Notes: generated from the sequence alone by a model not told the origin. A stretch of 61,226 nt of DNA from Bacteroidota bacterium (GCA_947487905.1 CANLAV010000001.1:1-61226); one strand, 5' to 3'. Counted from the stretch's first letter, positions 36,002 to 46,805 are shown. A program made the numbers and translations.

Positions 36002-36027
36002 AAAAAAAAAGACGGTAAATTACCGCC
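36002..36027 (-). terminator. Intrinsic terminator downstream of the MORN-repeat gene
   Basis: Hairpin GACGGTAA-A-TTACCGCC (36011..36027), followed on the minus strand by T9 (the A-run at 36002..36010 on plus). Confidence 0.6.
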
Positions 36028-36055
36028 GCACATTCTTTTTGATTAAATATTTGTC

Positions 36056-36946
36056 TTAATTTTCAATGGGGGCATCGCCAACGTATTGACCATTTTTATA
36101 AACAGATATTCTTTGTAGCAATCCGTTTTCATCGTATTGATAAGCTTTGCCTTCCATTAGTCGATTGTCTTTAAAAAGACCGTCTTTTGTAATCTGTTTA
36201 TTTTTATTGTAAGTAATATTTTGACCGTTTAAAATCAATGGGCCTTTTGCACCATTCACTTTTTCATCCGCTCTCACAATGGCTTTAGGGCCTTCAAGGT
36301 GTTCTGCTTTTTTTATAATTGGTTTTTTTGGTTCAAATTCTTTTATGGAAGCCACGTCCATTACGCCGTCATTATACATTTTTTCTGCTTTGAGGTCGCC
36401 GTTTTCGTAATACTCTTTGATAATGCCAACCTCTTTTCCATTAATGAAATTGCCTTCTACAGCAAGTTGTCCATTTTCATAAAAATATTTTACAGGTCCT
36501 TCTCTTTTGCCATTTGGGTTATAATTAAATAGATGCTGAATTTGTCCATTTTCATAGTAAAGTTTGTAAGATCCAACCCATCTATTATTTCTCCAAATAC
36601 CTTCTTCGTATATTTTCCCATTACTATGATACATCACAGCATATCCATCTGGTCGGCCATTTTGAAAGGTTAATTGATTTTTTAAGCTACCGTTGCAATG
36701 ATATTCTAACCATTTACCAATTTTATTATTGTTGGCGTATTTGCCTTCTTCTTTTTTTTGCTCAGGTTCGTAACAGGTGCCAGGTTTGTGTTTTCCTTTT
36801 AAAATCCACATCCTCTGTTTTTTCCCTAATTGATCCACCAAGTTTAAAGTATCTTTTCCATTTGAGGCTATTTCATACAATCGAGATTGGCAATAACCAA
36901 TTCTAAAAATCAATAGTATAGGTATGAAATACAGTGCTTTCATCAT
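36056..36946 (-). CDS. MORN-variant repeat protein (YwqK-family), secreted
   Basis: Signal peptide. Repeated Y-x-NG-x-(K/L)-x-E-G-x-(Y/F) units (YHSNGKIYEEG, YYENGQIQH, FYENGQLAVEG, YYENGDLKAE). Confidence 0.65.
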   Translation of the reverse strand: MMKALYFIPILLIFRIGYCQSRLYEIASNGKDTLNLVDQLGKKQRMWILKGKHKPGTCYEPEQKKEEGKYANNNKIGKWLEYHCNGSLKNQLTFQNGRPDGYAVMYHSNGKIYEEGIWRNNRWVGSYKLYYENGQIQHLFNYNPNGKREGPVKYFYENGQLAVEGNFINGKEVGIIKEYYENGDLKAEKMYNDGVMDVASIKEFEPKKPIIKKAEHLEGPKAIVRADEKVNGAKGPLILNGQNITYNKNKQITKDGLFKDNRLMEGKAYQYDENGLLQRISVYKNGQYVGDAPIEN

Positions 36947-37056
36947 AAAACGGGCTATAAGCTGCCTTACTCCAAATTAAATAATTTTAACTAAATTAAC
37001 AATAGATTTTAGACTAATAGTTAAAAAAAATCGATTAATTATATTTCAATATTGAG

Positions 37057-38004
37057 TTAAGAGTGAGATAAATTTTCGAGCATATTACTTACTAATGACT
37101 CTAAATTGTAAGTTTGTTTCCATCCCCAATCTTGGTTCGATTCAATTTCAGAAATACTTTGTGGCCAGCTGTTAGCAATATCTTGCCTGAAATCAGGCTT
37201 GTAAGAAATTTTAAAATCAGGAATATGTTTCTGAATTTCAGTTGCAATTTGAGCAGGTGTGAAACTAATTCCAGCTAAATTATAAGAACCTCTGATTTTA
37301 ATTTTTTCTGCCGGCACATGCATAATTTCAATCGTGGCCCTGATAGCGTCTTCCATATGCATCATAGGCAACGCCGTGTCGGCACTTAAAAAACATTCGT
37401 ATGATTTATTTTTTAACGCTTCATGAAAAATATGAACGGCATAATCTGTTGTTCCACCGCCTGGTGCTGATTTCCAGCCAATCAGGCCTGGGTAACGTAA
37501 GCTTCTTACATCCACATTGTGTTTACGGAAATACCATTCGCACCAACGCTCACCAGCTTGTTTTGTAATTCCATAAATAGTTGAGGGTTCCATAACCGTG
37601 TATTGAGGTGTATTAAGGCGAGGTGTAGTTGGACCAAACACAGCAATCGAACTTGGCCAATATACTTTATGAATGTGTTTTTCTTTTGCTAAATCAAGCA
37701 CATTAAATAGTCCTTCCATATTTAATTTCCAGGCAAACATTGGATTTTGCTCACCAGTAGCGGATAATAAGGCAGCTAATAAATAAATATGTGTAATGTT
37801 ATGTTTTTTTACAACTGAAAATAAAACGTCTTTATTTAAAACATCTAATATTTCAAATGGATTATTTGGCAAACTTAAAATGGGTTTTAAATCAGCTACA
37901 ATAACATTTTCGGGTGAGTATAGTAAACTTAATTCTTGAGCTAATTCAATTCCTATTTGTCCGCCTGCTCCAATGATTAAAATTTTATTTTCTTTATTAT
38001 ACAT
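37057..38004 (-). CDS. NAD-dependent epimerase/dehydratase-fold enzyme, L-threonine 3-dehydrogenase-like
   Basis: ILIIGAGGQIGIEL Rossmann motif, YGITKQAGE (YxxxK) and PGGGTTDYAVHIF, which I associate with GalE-like TDHs. Confidence 0.65.
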   Translation of the reverse strand: MYNKENKILIIGAGGQIGIELAQELSLLYSPENVIVADLKPILSLPNNPFEILDVLNKDVLFSVVKKHNITHIYLLAALLSATGEQNPMFAWKLNMEGLFNVLDLAKEKHIHKVYWPSSIAVFGPTTPRLNTPQYTVMEPSTIYGITKQAGERWCEWYFRKHNVDVRSLRYPGLIGWKSAPGGGTTDYAVHIFHEALKNKSYECFLSADTALPMMHMEDAIRATIEIMHVPAEKIKIRGSYNLAGISFTPAQIATEIQKHIPDFKISYKPDFRQDIANSWPQSISEIESNQDWGWKQTYNLESLVSNMLENLSHS

Positions 38005-38110
38005 GATAAATGTTAGCTTAGTTTTTTGAGTTTTTAACTATCTTTACAAACGTAATTAAATAATTTTAAAATTAAAAATAGTATAACCTGCAATTGTATC
38101 TATTTAAGTT

Positions 38111-39175
38111 ATGACAGAATTAAGAAATCGAGTTAATAAAAATGAACTTAAAGTTCGTTTGGCTCAAGAACAAATTGAGCGCGTCACATTCTCATTTTAT
38201 AAATATGTGCCTATTGAACATCCAAAAGAACTTCGAGATAAACTCTTTATCCAATGGTCAGCACTCAATTGTTTTGGGAGAATTTACATCGCACACGAAG
38301 GCATCAATGCTCAAATGAGTGTTCCAAAGAATAATTGGGATGCTTTTGTAAGCCAACTTTATAGCGATCTTAGATTTAATGGAATCCCTTTCAAAATAGC
38401 TTATGATGATAACGGCAAATCATTTTATAAACTTGGCGTAAAGGTGCGCGACAAAGTCGTTGCGGATGGTATTGATGATGAAACATTTAATCCATCCAAC
38501 ACGGGCACTTATTTAAATGCCGAAGGATTTAATAAAGCCATTGAAGATCCAGGCACAATTGTGGTAGATATGCGTAATCATTACGAAAGTGAAGTGGGTA
38601 GATTTGACAAAGCCTTTTGTCCGGATGCTGATACCTTTAGAGAAGAATTGCCTTTGGTTGTTGAACACTTAAAAGGTCAAGAAGATAAAAAAGTTATCAT
38701 GTATTGCACAGGAGGTATTCGTTGCGAAAAAGCGAGTGCGTATTTGAAACACAAAGGTTTTAAAGATGTGAATCATTTACGCGGCGGCATCATTCAGTAT
38801 GCTAAAGAGGTTAAAGAACAAGGTTTAGAAAGTAAATTCAGAGGAGTTAATTTTGTATTTGATGAGCGAATAGGAGAGAGAATTACTTCGGATATATTAT
38901 CTAATTGTCATCAATGTGGGAAGCCTTGCGACACACATGTTAATTGTAAAAATGATGATTGCCACTTGTTATTTATTCAGTGCGATGCATGCACTTCACA
39001 CATGAATGGTTGCTGCACGCCATCATGTCAAGAGATTGCAGCTATGCCAATTGAAATGCAGCGTGAGTTAAGAAAAGGCAGAATTAAAAATGGTCCAGAG
39101 TGTTTGTCTGTTTATAAAAGCAGACTTCGACCTAATTTAGCAGAAATTATAAAAAATAACATATCTTTAAAGTAA
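38111..39175 (+). CDS. trhO: Rhodanese-domain protein of the UPF0176/YceA family (tRNA U34 hydroxylase TrhO-like), with a Cys-rich C-terminus
   Basis: FYKYVPIEHP...GRIYIAHEGINAQMSVP N-domain. Rhodanese loop YCTGGIRCEKAS. C-terminal CHQCGKPCD...C cluster. Confidence 0.8.
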   Translation: MTELRNRVNKNELKVRLAQEQIERVTFSFYKYVPIEHPKELRDKLFIQWSALNCFGRIYIAHEGINAQMSVPKNNWDAFVSQLYSDLRFNGIPFKIAYDDNGKSFYKLGVKVRDKVVADGIDDETFNPSNTGTYLNAEGFNKAIEDPGTIVVDMRNHYESEVGRFDKAFCPDADTFREELPLVVEHLKGQEDKKVIMYCTGGIRCEKASAYLKHKGFKDVNHLRGGIIQYAKEVKEQGLESKFRGVNFVFDERIGERITSDILSNCHQCGKPCDTHVNCKNDDCHLLFIQCDACTSHMNGCCTPSCQEIAAMPIEMQRELRKGRIKNGPECLSVYKSRLRPNLAEIIKNNISLK

Positions 39176-39184
39176 AAAACAGTT

Positions 39185-40342
39185 ATGCCTATTTATCATA
39201 AATTAGGAAATATTCCTCAAAAAAGACATACCATTTTTAAATCACCAAAAGGAGATTTCTATTATGAACAGTTATTTGGAACGGAAGGATTTAATGGTCA
39301 TTCATCTTTACTATATCATACACACAGACCGACGCAGGTTAAAGAAATTTTAAAAAGTTATTCTGTTGAACCAAAAGTAGCCATCGGGAAAAACATTAAA
39401 TCTCTGTTATTAAAAGGTTTTGATATTAAGCCTACGGCTGATTTTTTAGAAAGTCGTAAAACGGTTTTATTTAATAATGATTGCCACATAGGACTAGCTG
39501 CGCCAACAGAAAGCATGAAGCATTATTTTTATAAAAATGCAGATGCTGATGAACTCATTTTTATTCATAAAGGAAAAGGAAAACTAAAAACTTTTATGGG
39601 ACATATTCCATTTGAGTATGGCGATTACTTGGTTATTCCACGTGGAATGATTTACCAAATTGAATTCGAAACAACGGATAATAGATTATTGTATGTGGAA
39701 TCATTCGAACCTTATTACACACCAAAACGTTATAAATCTTCTTCAGGGCAATTATTAGAACATTCGCCATTTTGTGAGCGTGATTTTAAATTACCAACTG
39801 AATTAGAAACGCATGATGAAAAAGGTGACTTCATCATTAAAATAAAAAAAGAAGGTATGATGCATGAATTTCTTTATGCAACGCACCCTTTTGATGTTGT
39901 GGGTTGGGATGGTTACAATTTTCCTTATGCATTTAGCATTCATAATTTTGAACCCATAACGGGTCGCGTGCATCAGCCACCTCCCGTGCATCAAACATTT
40001 GAAACTTCTAGTTTTGTGGTGTGTTCATTTGTTCCGCGTTTATACGATTACCATCCACTATCGATTCCTGCCCCATATAATCATAGTAATATTGATAGCG
40101 ATGAAGTGCTGTATTATGTGGATGGCGATTTCATGAGTCGTAATAATATTGAGCAAGGACACATCACGTTGCATCCAAAAGGCATTCCGCACGGACCAGC
40201 TCCTGGGGCCATGGAAAGAAGTATCGGGCAAACCATTACTCAAGAACTTGCCGTGATGGTAGATACTTTTAGACCACTTAAAGTAACCGAAGAGGCTATG
40301 GCCATTGATGATGGTAAATATTATAAAAGTTGGGTCGAGTAA
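39185..40342 (+). CDS. hmgA: Homogentisate 1,2-dioxygenase
   Basis: 385 aa of the short bacterial form. YEQLFGTEGFNGHSSLLYH and HPKGIPHGP resemble HmgA conserved blocks. Confidence 0.8.
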   Translation: MPIYHKLGNIPQKRHTIFKSPKGDFYYEQLFGTEGFNGHSSLLYHTHRPTQVKEILKSYSVEPKVAIGKNIKSLLLKGFDIKPTADFLESRKTVLFNNDCHIGLAAPTESMKHYFYKNADADELIFIHKGKGKLKTFMGHIPFEYGDYLVIPRGMIYQIEFETTDNRLLYVESFEPYYTPKRYKSSSGQLLEHSPFCERDFKLPTELETHDEKGDFIIKIKKEGMMHEFLYATHPFDVVGWDGYNFPYAFSIHNFEPITGRVHQPPPVHQTFETSSFVVCSFVPRLYDYHPLSIPAPYNHSNIDSDEVLYYVDGDFMSRNNIEQGHITLHPKGIPHGPAPGAMERSIGQTITQELAVMVDTFRPLKVTEEAMAIDDGKYYKSWVE

Positions 40343-40360
40343 TTTTAAAATAGGGTTATA

Positions 40361-40392
40361 AAAAAAGTGGAGAAAATTTTCCCCACTTTTTT
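40361..40392. terminator. Bidirectional intrinsic terminator between convergent hmgA and alaS
   Basis: A6-GTGGAG-AAAATTTT-CCCCAC-T6. Confidence 0.7.
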
Positions 40393-40415
40393 ATTTTATA
40401 GATTTACTAAAAAAA

Positions 40416-43073
40416 TTAAACTAATTGTTTTGCTTTTAAAATAGCCGCATCCAATCCTTCTAATTTTGTTCCACCTGCTTGTGCATAAAACGCTTGACCT
40501 CCGCCACCGCCATTAATTTCTTTCGCAAGGTCTTTAATGATATTACCTGCGTGTAGGTTTTTTGATTTCACTAATTCATCATCAATAATTACGGAAAGAC
40601 TCGGTTTTCCATTAACTTCAGCTGCTAACACACACACGCAATGCTCTACTTGATTACGAATTTCAAACAACATATTTTTGATTTCATCAGCACTATTGAA
40701 TACAATTTTTTCTGCAATAAAATTAATTCCATTTTTAGTTTCAATTTTTTGGAGTAACTGTTGTTTGATGATTTGAGCTTTTTCTTTTAATAAAACATGA
40801 AGTTGTTTTTGTAACTCATTATTTTCGTTTAATACATTGCTCAAACTTTTTACAACGTCTTTGTTATTTTTTAATAACGTTTTTACGTCGTTTAAGGTAT
40901 TAGTTTGATTTTCAAAAAACGCTTCAAATTGAGAGGCTGTAACAGATTCAATACGTCTGATACCAGCTGCAACGGCACCTTCTGAAATTATTTTAAAATA
41001 TCCAATTTGTCCAGTAGCATTCACATGCGTTCCTCCGCATAATTCAATGGAATAATTTTTATCAAATTCAACAACACGAACCACATCACCATATTTTTCA
41101 CCAAACAAAGCCATCGCACCTGTTTTTTTAGCCTCATCAATACTCATTTGCTGAATATTGCTTTTTATGTTTTCACGAATTTTTGTATTAACTATTTTTT
41201 CAATCTCATGTAATTCTTCATCCGTAATTTTTGAGAAGTGCGAAAAATCGAAACGTAAATTTTCGTCGTTTACTAAACTTCCTTTTTGTTCAACGTGTGT
41301 GCCTAAAACTTGACGAAGTGCCGCGTGCAATAAATGTGTGGCGCTGTGATTATTTTCAGTTAGCGTCCGTTTGTTTGCATCCACTTTTGCCGTAAAGGTT
41401 GCAGTAATATTATCTGGTAATTTATCGCAAAAATGAATGATGATTCCGTTTTCTTTTTTTGTATCGGTAATGATTATTTTTTCATTAATGTTTTCGAGTG
41501 TTCCCGAATCACCAACTTGTCCGCCACTTTCAGCATAAAAAGGTGTTTTGTTTAATACAACCTGAAACTGTTCTTTGTTTTTTGCTTTTACTTTTCGGTA
41601 ACGAACAATTTTTGCATCGCACTCTAAATCTGTATAACCAATAAATTCTGTTAAGGTTTTGGGATTTTCTTGTGTTTCTAAAATAACCCAATCTTCTGTA
41701 TCTATAACCGTTGCTGCACGTGAACGGGCTTTTTGTTCATCTAAATAAAAATTAAATTCTTCTTCGTTGATACTTAAATCATAACCACGAGCAATGAGAG
41801 AAGTTAAGTCTACAGGAAACCCGAAGGTATCATATAATTCAAAAACGGTTTTACCATCTATGATATGGCTTGCCTGAGATGTTTTTAAATCCATGCAAAC
41901 TTGCTCGATGCGTTTTAATCCAATTTCTAAAGTTTTATAAAAAGAAATCTCTTCTTCCTTAATCACTTTTTCAATCAATGTTTTTTGAGTCTGTAATTCA
42001 GTGAATTGTTCGCCAAGTTGATTCACTAAAGTTGGCACAATACGGTACATAAACGGCTCTTTGATATTGAGTGATTGATATCCATAGCGAATCGCCCTTC
42101 TTAAAATACGACGAATGACATAGCCTGCACCAGTGTTGCTTGGTAATTGACCGTCTGCGATGGAAAATGAAATGGTACGAATGTGATCAGCAATCACACG
42201 CATCGCAATGTTAATGGTGAGTTGGTCTTTATGGTCATTTTCGTTTTCTGGTTTATACGTTAAACCACTTAACTCTTCAATTCTAGTTAGTAACGGTGTA
42301 AATACATCTGTATCGTAATTTGACTGCTTGCCTTGTAAAACACGCACTAAACGCTCAAATCCCATTCCTGTGTCAACGTGCTGTGCCGGTAATTTTTCTA
42401 ATGATTTATCGGCCTTGCGCATAAATTCCATAAATACATTATTCCACACTTCAATCACTTGTGGATCATCATTATTTACAAGTGTTGCACCATCTACTTT
42501 TTGACGCTCCTCGTCGCTTCGTCCGTCATAATGAATTTCGGTACATGGTCCACAAGGCCCAGTATCGCCCATTTCCCAAAAGTTGTCTTTTTTATTTCCT
42601 TTTAAAATGCGTGCTTCATCAATGTATAATTTCCACGTGTCATAAGCTTCTTGATCAAATGGAACATGCTCTTCAACGCTACCTTCAAATACAGTCACAT
42701 ATAATCTTGATTTATCAATTTTATAAACTTCGGTTAATAGTTCCCACGCCCATGCGATGGCATCTTTTTTGAAATAATCACCAAAGCTCCAATTACCAAG
42801 CATTTCAAACATAGTATGGTGATAAGTGTCCACACCAACTTCTTCTAAATCGTTATGTTTACCACTTACACGTAGGCACTTTTGAGTATCGGCTACTCTC
42901 GGGAATTTAATAGGCGCATTACCTAAAAACAAATCTTTAAATGGTGCCATTCCACTATTAATGAACATTAATGTTGGATCGCCCTTTACAACCATTGGTG
43001 CAGAGGGAACAATCTCATGGCCTTTAGATTTAAAAAAATCGAGAAATGTTTTTCGTACTTTATTTGATTCCAT
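40416..43073 (-). CDS. alaS: Alanine--tRNA ligase
   Basis: HHTMFEMLGNWSFGDYFK, editing-domain HSATHLLH and C-terminal DHHA1 GGGGG. Start at MESNKVRKTFLDFF. Confidence 0.95.
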   Translation of the reverse strand: MESNKVRKTFLDFFKSKGHEIVPSAPMVVKGDPTLMFINSGMAPFKDLFLGNAPIKFPRVADTQKCLRVSGKHNDLEEVGVDTYHHTMFEMLGNWSFGDYFKKDAIAWAWELLTEVYKIDKSRLYVTVFEGSVEEHVPFDQEAYDTWKLYIDEARILKGNKKDNFWEMGDTGPCGPCTEIHYDGRSDEERQKVDGATLVNNDDPQVIEVWNNVFMEFMRKADKSLEKLPAQHVDTGMGFERLVRVLQGKQSNYDTDVFTPLLTRIEELSGLTYKPENENDHKDQLTINIAMRVIADHIRTISFSIADGQLPSNTGAGYVIRRILRRAIRYGYQSLNIKEPFMYRIVPTLVNQLGEQFTELQTQKTLIEKVIKEEEISFYKTLEIGLKRIEQVCMDLKTSQASHIIDGKTVFELYDTFGFPVDLTSLIARGYDLSINEEEFNFYLDEQKARSRAATVIDTEDWVILETQENPKTLTEFIGYTDLECDAKIVRYRKVKAKNKEQFQVVLNKTPFYAESGGQVGDSGTLENINEKIIITDTKKENGIIIHFCDKLPDNITATFTAKVDANKRTLTENNHSATHLLHAALRQVLGTHVEQKGSLVNDENLRFDFSHFSKITDEELHEIEKIVNTKIRENIKSNIQQMSIDEAKKTGAMALFGEKYGDVVRVVEFDKNYSIELCGGTHVNATGQIGYFKIISEGAVAAGIRRIESVTASQFEAFFENQTNTLNDVKTLLKNNKDVVKSLSNVLNENNELQKQLHVLLKEKAQIIKQQLLQKIETKNGINFIAEKIVFNSADEIKNMLFEIRNQVEHCVCVLAAEVNGKPSLSVIIDDELVKSKNLHAGNIIKDLAKEINGGGGGQAFYAQAGGTKLEGLDAAILKAKQLV

Positions 43074-43250
43074 AATATAAAAAGAAAGTGTGAATATAAT
43101 AAAATCAGTGGCATCAACCATCACAAATTATGTACTTTTTTATGTTTTTCCCCATTTTTCAAGCGCCATTCATTTTGTTAAAATAAAAAGTGGTTAGGTT
43201 TTCTAGTTAAATATTTAATTATCTTTACTTTGCTTTTAAAAGCAAGAGTT

Positions 43251-44222
43251 ATGTCGAAAGTAAAATATAGATTTAATACCAAATCCTTAACCTACGAAAA
43301 GGTAAAAGTTTCATTCAAAGTGAGATTTTTACAAGTGCTTTCGTATTTGGCTACTGGTATTGTATTTGCTGTTATCACCATCGCCTTAGCTAATAAATTT
43401 TTACCGTCGCCTCTTCAGAAAAAACAAAACAGGGAATTGGAAGTGGTTAAATTACAATACGATTTATTGAATAAAAAAATGAGTCAAGTGCAATCTGTTT
43501 TAAATGATTTGCAAGACCGTGATGATAATATTTACCGCGTTATTTTTGAAGCAGAACCCATTGCAAGTTCAGTTAGACAAGCCGGTTTTGGAGGAAGTAA
43601 TCGTTATAAAGATTTAGAAGGTTATGAAAACACAGAGATCATGACCGAAACCACAAAAGCCTTAGACCGCATTACGAAACAATTGTATATTCAATCCAAA
43701 TCGTATGATGATGTGATTAAAATGGCGAAAGGAAAAGAAAAATTAATTGCTTCTATTCCGGCCATTATGCCGTTAAATAATAAAAATTTAAAACATGCAC
43801 CAAGTGGATATGGTTGGAGAACGCATCCTATTTATAAAACACAAGAGTTTCATCCAGGAATGGATTTTACAGCTGAACAAGGTACACCTATTTACGCAAC
43901 GGGTGATGGTATTGTAGAACGAGCCGATGCGGCCGCTCAGGGATACGGTAATCATGTGGTGATTAATCATGGTTATGGTTATCAAACATTATATGGTCAC
44001 ATGAGTAAAATGGCAACCAAGCCAGGGGCAAAAGTGAAGCGAGGCGATTTAATTGGATACGTAGGAAGTACCGGATTAAGCACAGGTCCACACGTGCATT
44101 ATGAAGTGATTAAGAATGGAGAAAAAGTAAATCCAATTAATTTTTATTACAACGATTTATCTCCAGAAGAATATCAAATTATGTTAGAACTTTCTTCTAA
44201 ATCAACCCAATCATACGATTAA
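43251..44222 (+). CDS. M23-family metallopeptidase (membrane-anchored)
   Basis: HPGMDFTAEQGTPIYATGDG and GSTGLSTGPHVHYEV are the M23 Zn ligand motifs. N-terminal TM and coiled coil. Confidence 0.85.
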   Translation: MSKVKYRFNTKSLTYEKVKVSFKVRFLQVLSYLATGIVFAVITIALANKFLPSPLQKKQNRELEVVKLQYDLLNKKMSQVQSVLNDLQDRDDNIYRVIFEAEPIASSVRQAGFGGSNRYKDLEGYENTEIMTETTKALDRITKQLYIQSKSYDDVIKMAKGKEKLIASIPAIMPLNNKNLKHAPSGYGWRTHPIYKTQEFHPGMDFTAEQGTPIYATGDGIVERADAAAQGYGNHVVINHGYGYQTLYGHMSKMATKPGAKVKRGDLIGYVGSTGLSTGPHVHYEVIKNGEKVNPINFYYNDLSPEEYQIMLELSSKSTQSYD

Positions 44223-45526
44223 TGAATTCTGTTTATAAGATTGGTTTTTACACAGCTATTTCATTAGTGATTGCTAATATGATTGGCACCGGCGTATTTA
44301 CAAGCCTTGGCTTTCAATTGTTAGATATTCATTCAGTTTTTAGTATTTTAATTTTATGGCTTTTAGGTGGTATTATTTCTCTGTGTGGCGCCTTAGTTTA
44401 TGCCGAATTAGGCGTTACATTTCCTAAGAGTGGTGGCGAGTATGTGTATTTATCTAAACTCATACATCCATTTGTTGGGTTTTTATCGGGCTGGGTTTCC
44501 TCAACTGTTGGCTTTGCTGCACCTGTTGCTTTGGCTAGCGTGGCATTAGGGACCTATGTGCATGTGATGTTTCCTCAAATTAATATAACGGTGTGTGCAC
44601 TGAGTGTTGTTGCCATCATTACATTGATACATGCCACCAATTTAAAATCGGGTAGTGGGTTTCAGAAAATTCTAACCTTACTAAAAATTGTATTCATCAT
44701 CCTTTTTATCATAGCTGGTTTTTGTTATGCACCCGTACACAGTATTTCTATTTTGTCACAAGCCAATTCCAAATATGAAATTGGGAGTCAATCCTTTTGG
44801 GTTAGTTTAATTTATGTTTCTTATGCATACAGTGGTTGGAATGCAGCCTCATATTTAGCAGGCGATATGAAAGATGTGAAAAAAGATTTGCCAAAAGCAT
44901 TAATCATAGGAACCCTTATTGTCACAGCCATTTATGTTTTATTAAACTATGTGTTTTTATATACTACACCTGCTTCAGAATTAATAGGTGTATTGGAAAT
45001 TGGACACGTTTCTGCTACTCATATTTTCGGAGCTTTTTTTGGGAAGTTTATGAGTTTAGCCATTGCTTTTTTATTAGTATCCTCTATTAGTGCTATGATT
45101 ATGGCTGGTCCACGCATCATCAAATCAATGGGAGAAGATGTGCCAATGCTCCATTTTTTGGCCATTACTAATAAAAACAATGTGCCTTATTTAGCCGTTC
45201 TGTTGCAATCTGCTATTACGGTTATTTTAATTTTAACCTCACAGTTCGAATCTGTTTTAACCTTTGTGGGATTTAGTTTGAGCATCTTTACATTTTTAAC
45301 GGTGTTGAGTATTTTTATTTTAAGATTTAAAAAAATCGAAAACTCATCGTATAAAACGTGGGGCTATCCATTTACTCCTATTTTATTTTTAGCATTAAAT
45401 GGATTTACAATTTATTTTGTTTTTATTAATAAAACAGAAGAATCTATGTGGGGACTTTTAAATGTAGTGATTGGCGCAAGCATATATTTTATTGGTAAAC
45501 AATTTTCAAAAAACAAACATGTCTAA
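44222..45526 (+). CDS. APC-superfamily amino acid permease
   Basis: 434 aa, about 12 TM. N-terminal IANMIGTGVFTSLG motif. Confidence 0.8.
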   Translation: MNSVYKIGFYTAISLVIANMIGTGVFTSLGFQLLDIHSVFSILILWLLGGIISLCGALVYAELGVTFPKSGGEYVYLSKLIHPFVGFLSGWVSSTVGFAAPVALASVALGTYVHVMFPQINITVCALSVVAIITLIHATNLKSGSGFQKILTLLKIVFIILFIIAGFCYAPVHSISILSQANSKYEIGSQSFWVSLIYVSYAYSGWNAASYLAGDMKDVKKDLPKALIIGTLIVTAIYVLLNYVFLYTTPASELIGVLEIGHVSATHIFGAFFGKFMSLAIAFLLVSSISAMIMAGPRIIKSMGEDVPMLHFLAITNKNNVPYLAVLLQSAITVILILTSQFESVLTFVGFSLSIFTFLTVLSIFILRFKKIENSSYKTWGYPFTPILFLALNGFTIYFVFINKTEESMWGLLNVVIGASIYFIGKQFSKNKHV

Positions 45527-46724
45527 ATTATTTTTTTCGATGTTAACGATAGCGTTAACTATTAGTAGCTGTCAAACATCATCTGATCAAACAGAATCTA
45601 AACCTAAAACGGTGTTGCATAAAGATAGTGTTGCAAATAAAGCAACAGATTTTTTAGCACTAAAACTTATGCCATGCGCTAACGATTCTTTAAATGCCAT
45701 TGCGAATGTGATGTCTGGAATAGCTGATTCGAGTGATGTTTATAAAAACGTTCAAAGCACACTATCGTTTCAAACATTTAGCACTAATTTCAATAAACGT
45801 TGGATGAGTTTTGACTCGAGTCGATTAACGAACTTGCGCACCTTTAGAGAAAATGAAATTTCGAAAGTGGTAAAAAAACAAACTACTTTATTTTATCCAT
45901 TCTCTGGTCCTGATATTTTACATGCGCAAACTTTTTTTCCGGATGCTGATAATTATGTGATGATAGGGCTAGAACCAGTAGGCAGTTTGCCAACGTTTAA
46001 AAATTCGCAGCTCGATTCTTTAATGCCTTATTATAACAGAGTCAACACCTCATTAGATGCGATTTTAAAATTTAGTTTTTTTAGAACAGTGAGTATGAGT
46101 AAAGATTTAAAAAATACGGAGGTAGATGGCACCTTACATTTATTATTTCTATTTTTAAAACGCACGGGTAATTTAATTTGTTCGGCTAAGCCTGTAACTG
46201 TTGATAGTTTGGGACAAGTCGTTTATTTGAATTCATTTATCGAATTGAAAAAAATGAAATCACCAACTAAAGGTGTTGAAATAAAATTTACGGATAAAAA
46301 CAATAAACCAAAAACAGTGAGTTATTTTTCGTTGAACGCTGCTGATGGCGGTATGAAACAAAATAAAGGATTTATGACTTATTTAATCAATATGGGAACC
46401 ATTAACACGTATTTAAAAGGCGCTTCGTATTTGATGCACAAAAGTTATTTTTCGATGGTGCGTAACGTAATACTCAACCAAAGTGAGCACGTGATACAAG
46501 ATGATAGTGGTATTGCTTTTCATTATTTTACAGAAAGTAACAGTACATGGAGTTATACATTTTATGGATCATATCTCAGACCAATTGCTATGTTTTCTGC
46601 CTTTTATCAAGCCGATTTAGATTCAACCTATAAACAACAAGGCTCTAAAAATATCGGGTTTGGTATTGGTTATAACTTTAGAGATAAGAATAGCAATTTT
46701 ATGATTGCTACGAAGAAGCATTAA
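45519..46724 (+). CDS. Hypothetical lipoprotein
   Basis: ATG 45519 gives the lipobox MSKLFFSMLTIALTISSCQ. No recognisable catalytic motif. Overlaps the permease stop by 8 nt. Confidence 0.5.
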   Translation: MSKLFFSMLTIALTISSCQTSSDQTESKPKTVLHKDSVANKATDFLALKLMPCANDSLNAIANVMSGIADSSDVYKNVQSTLSFQTFSTNFNKRWMSFDSSRLTNLRTFRENEISKVVKKQTTLFYPFSGPDILHAQTFFPDADNYVMIGLEPVGSLPTFKNSQLDSLMPYYNRVNTSLDAILKFSFFRTVSMSKDLKNTEVDGTLHLLFLFLKRTGNLICSAKPVTVDSLGQVVYLNSFIELKKMKSPTKGVEIKFTDKNNKPKTVSYFSLNAADGGMKQNKGFMTYLINMGTINTYLKGASYLMHKSYFSMVRNVILNQSEHVIQDDSGIAFHYFTESNSTWSYTFYGSYLRPIAMFSAFYQADLDSTYKQQGSKNIGFGIGYNFRDKNSNFMIATKKH

Positions 46725-46759
46725 AAATAATCCTTTTCATACATTTGTTTTGTTTTAAA
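46712..46759 (+). repeat. Left copy of a ~48-bp imperfect direct repeat (last 4 codons, the stop and 33 nt downstream of the lipoprotein gene)
   Basis: GAAGAAGCATTAAAAATAAT is identical to 47737..47756. The next 28 nt match 47757..47784 at about 22 positions. Confidence 0.8.
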
Positions 46760-46805
46760 TCTCATATTTAATTGCATTTTGTATATTTACATACAGTCTT
46801 GTTAA

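Noticed and set aside
35977-36033. 19-aa N-terminal extension of cysS (start at 36033)
   Set aside because: It runs through the upstream gene's hairpin and T9 terminator. MENLFIYNTLTRKKE is the canonical CysS N-terminus.
36056-36946. YwqK-family protein as the antitoxin of a toxin-antitoxin system
   Set aside because: It has a signal peptide and no LXG/YwqJ-like toxin neighbour, so it is just a secreted MORN-variant repeat protein.
43074-43124. 17-aa N-terminal extension of alaS (start at 43124)
   Set aside because: MESNKVRKTFLDFFKSKGH matches the conserved AlaS N-terminus, and the extension is hydrophobic junk.
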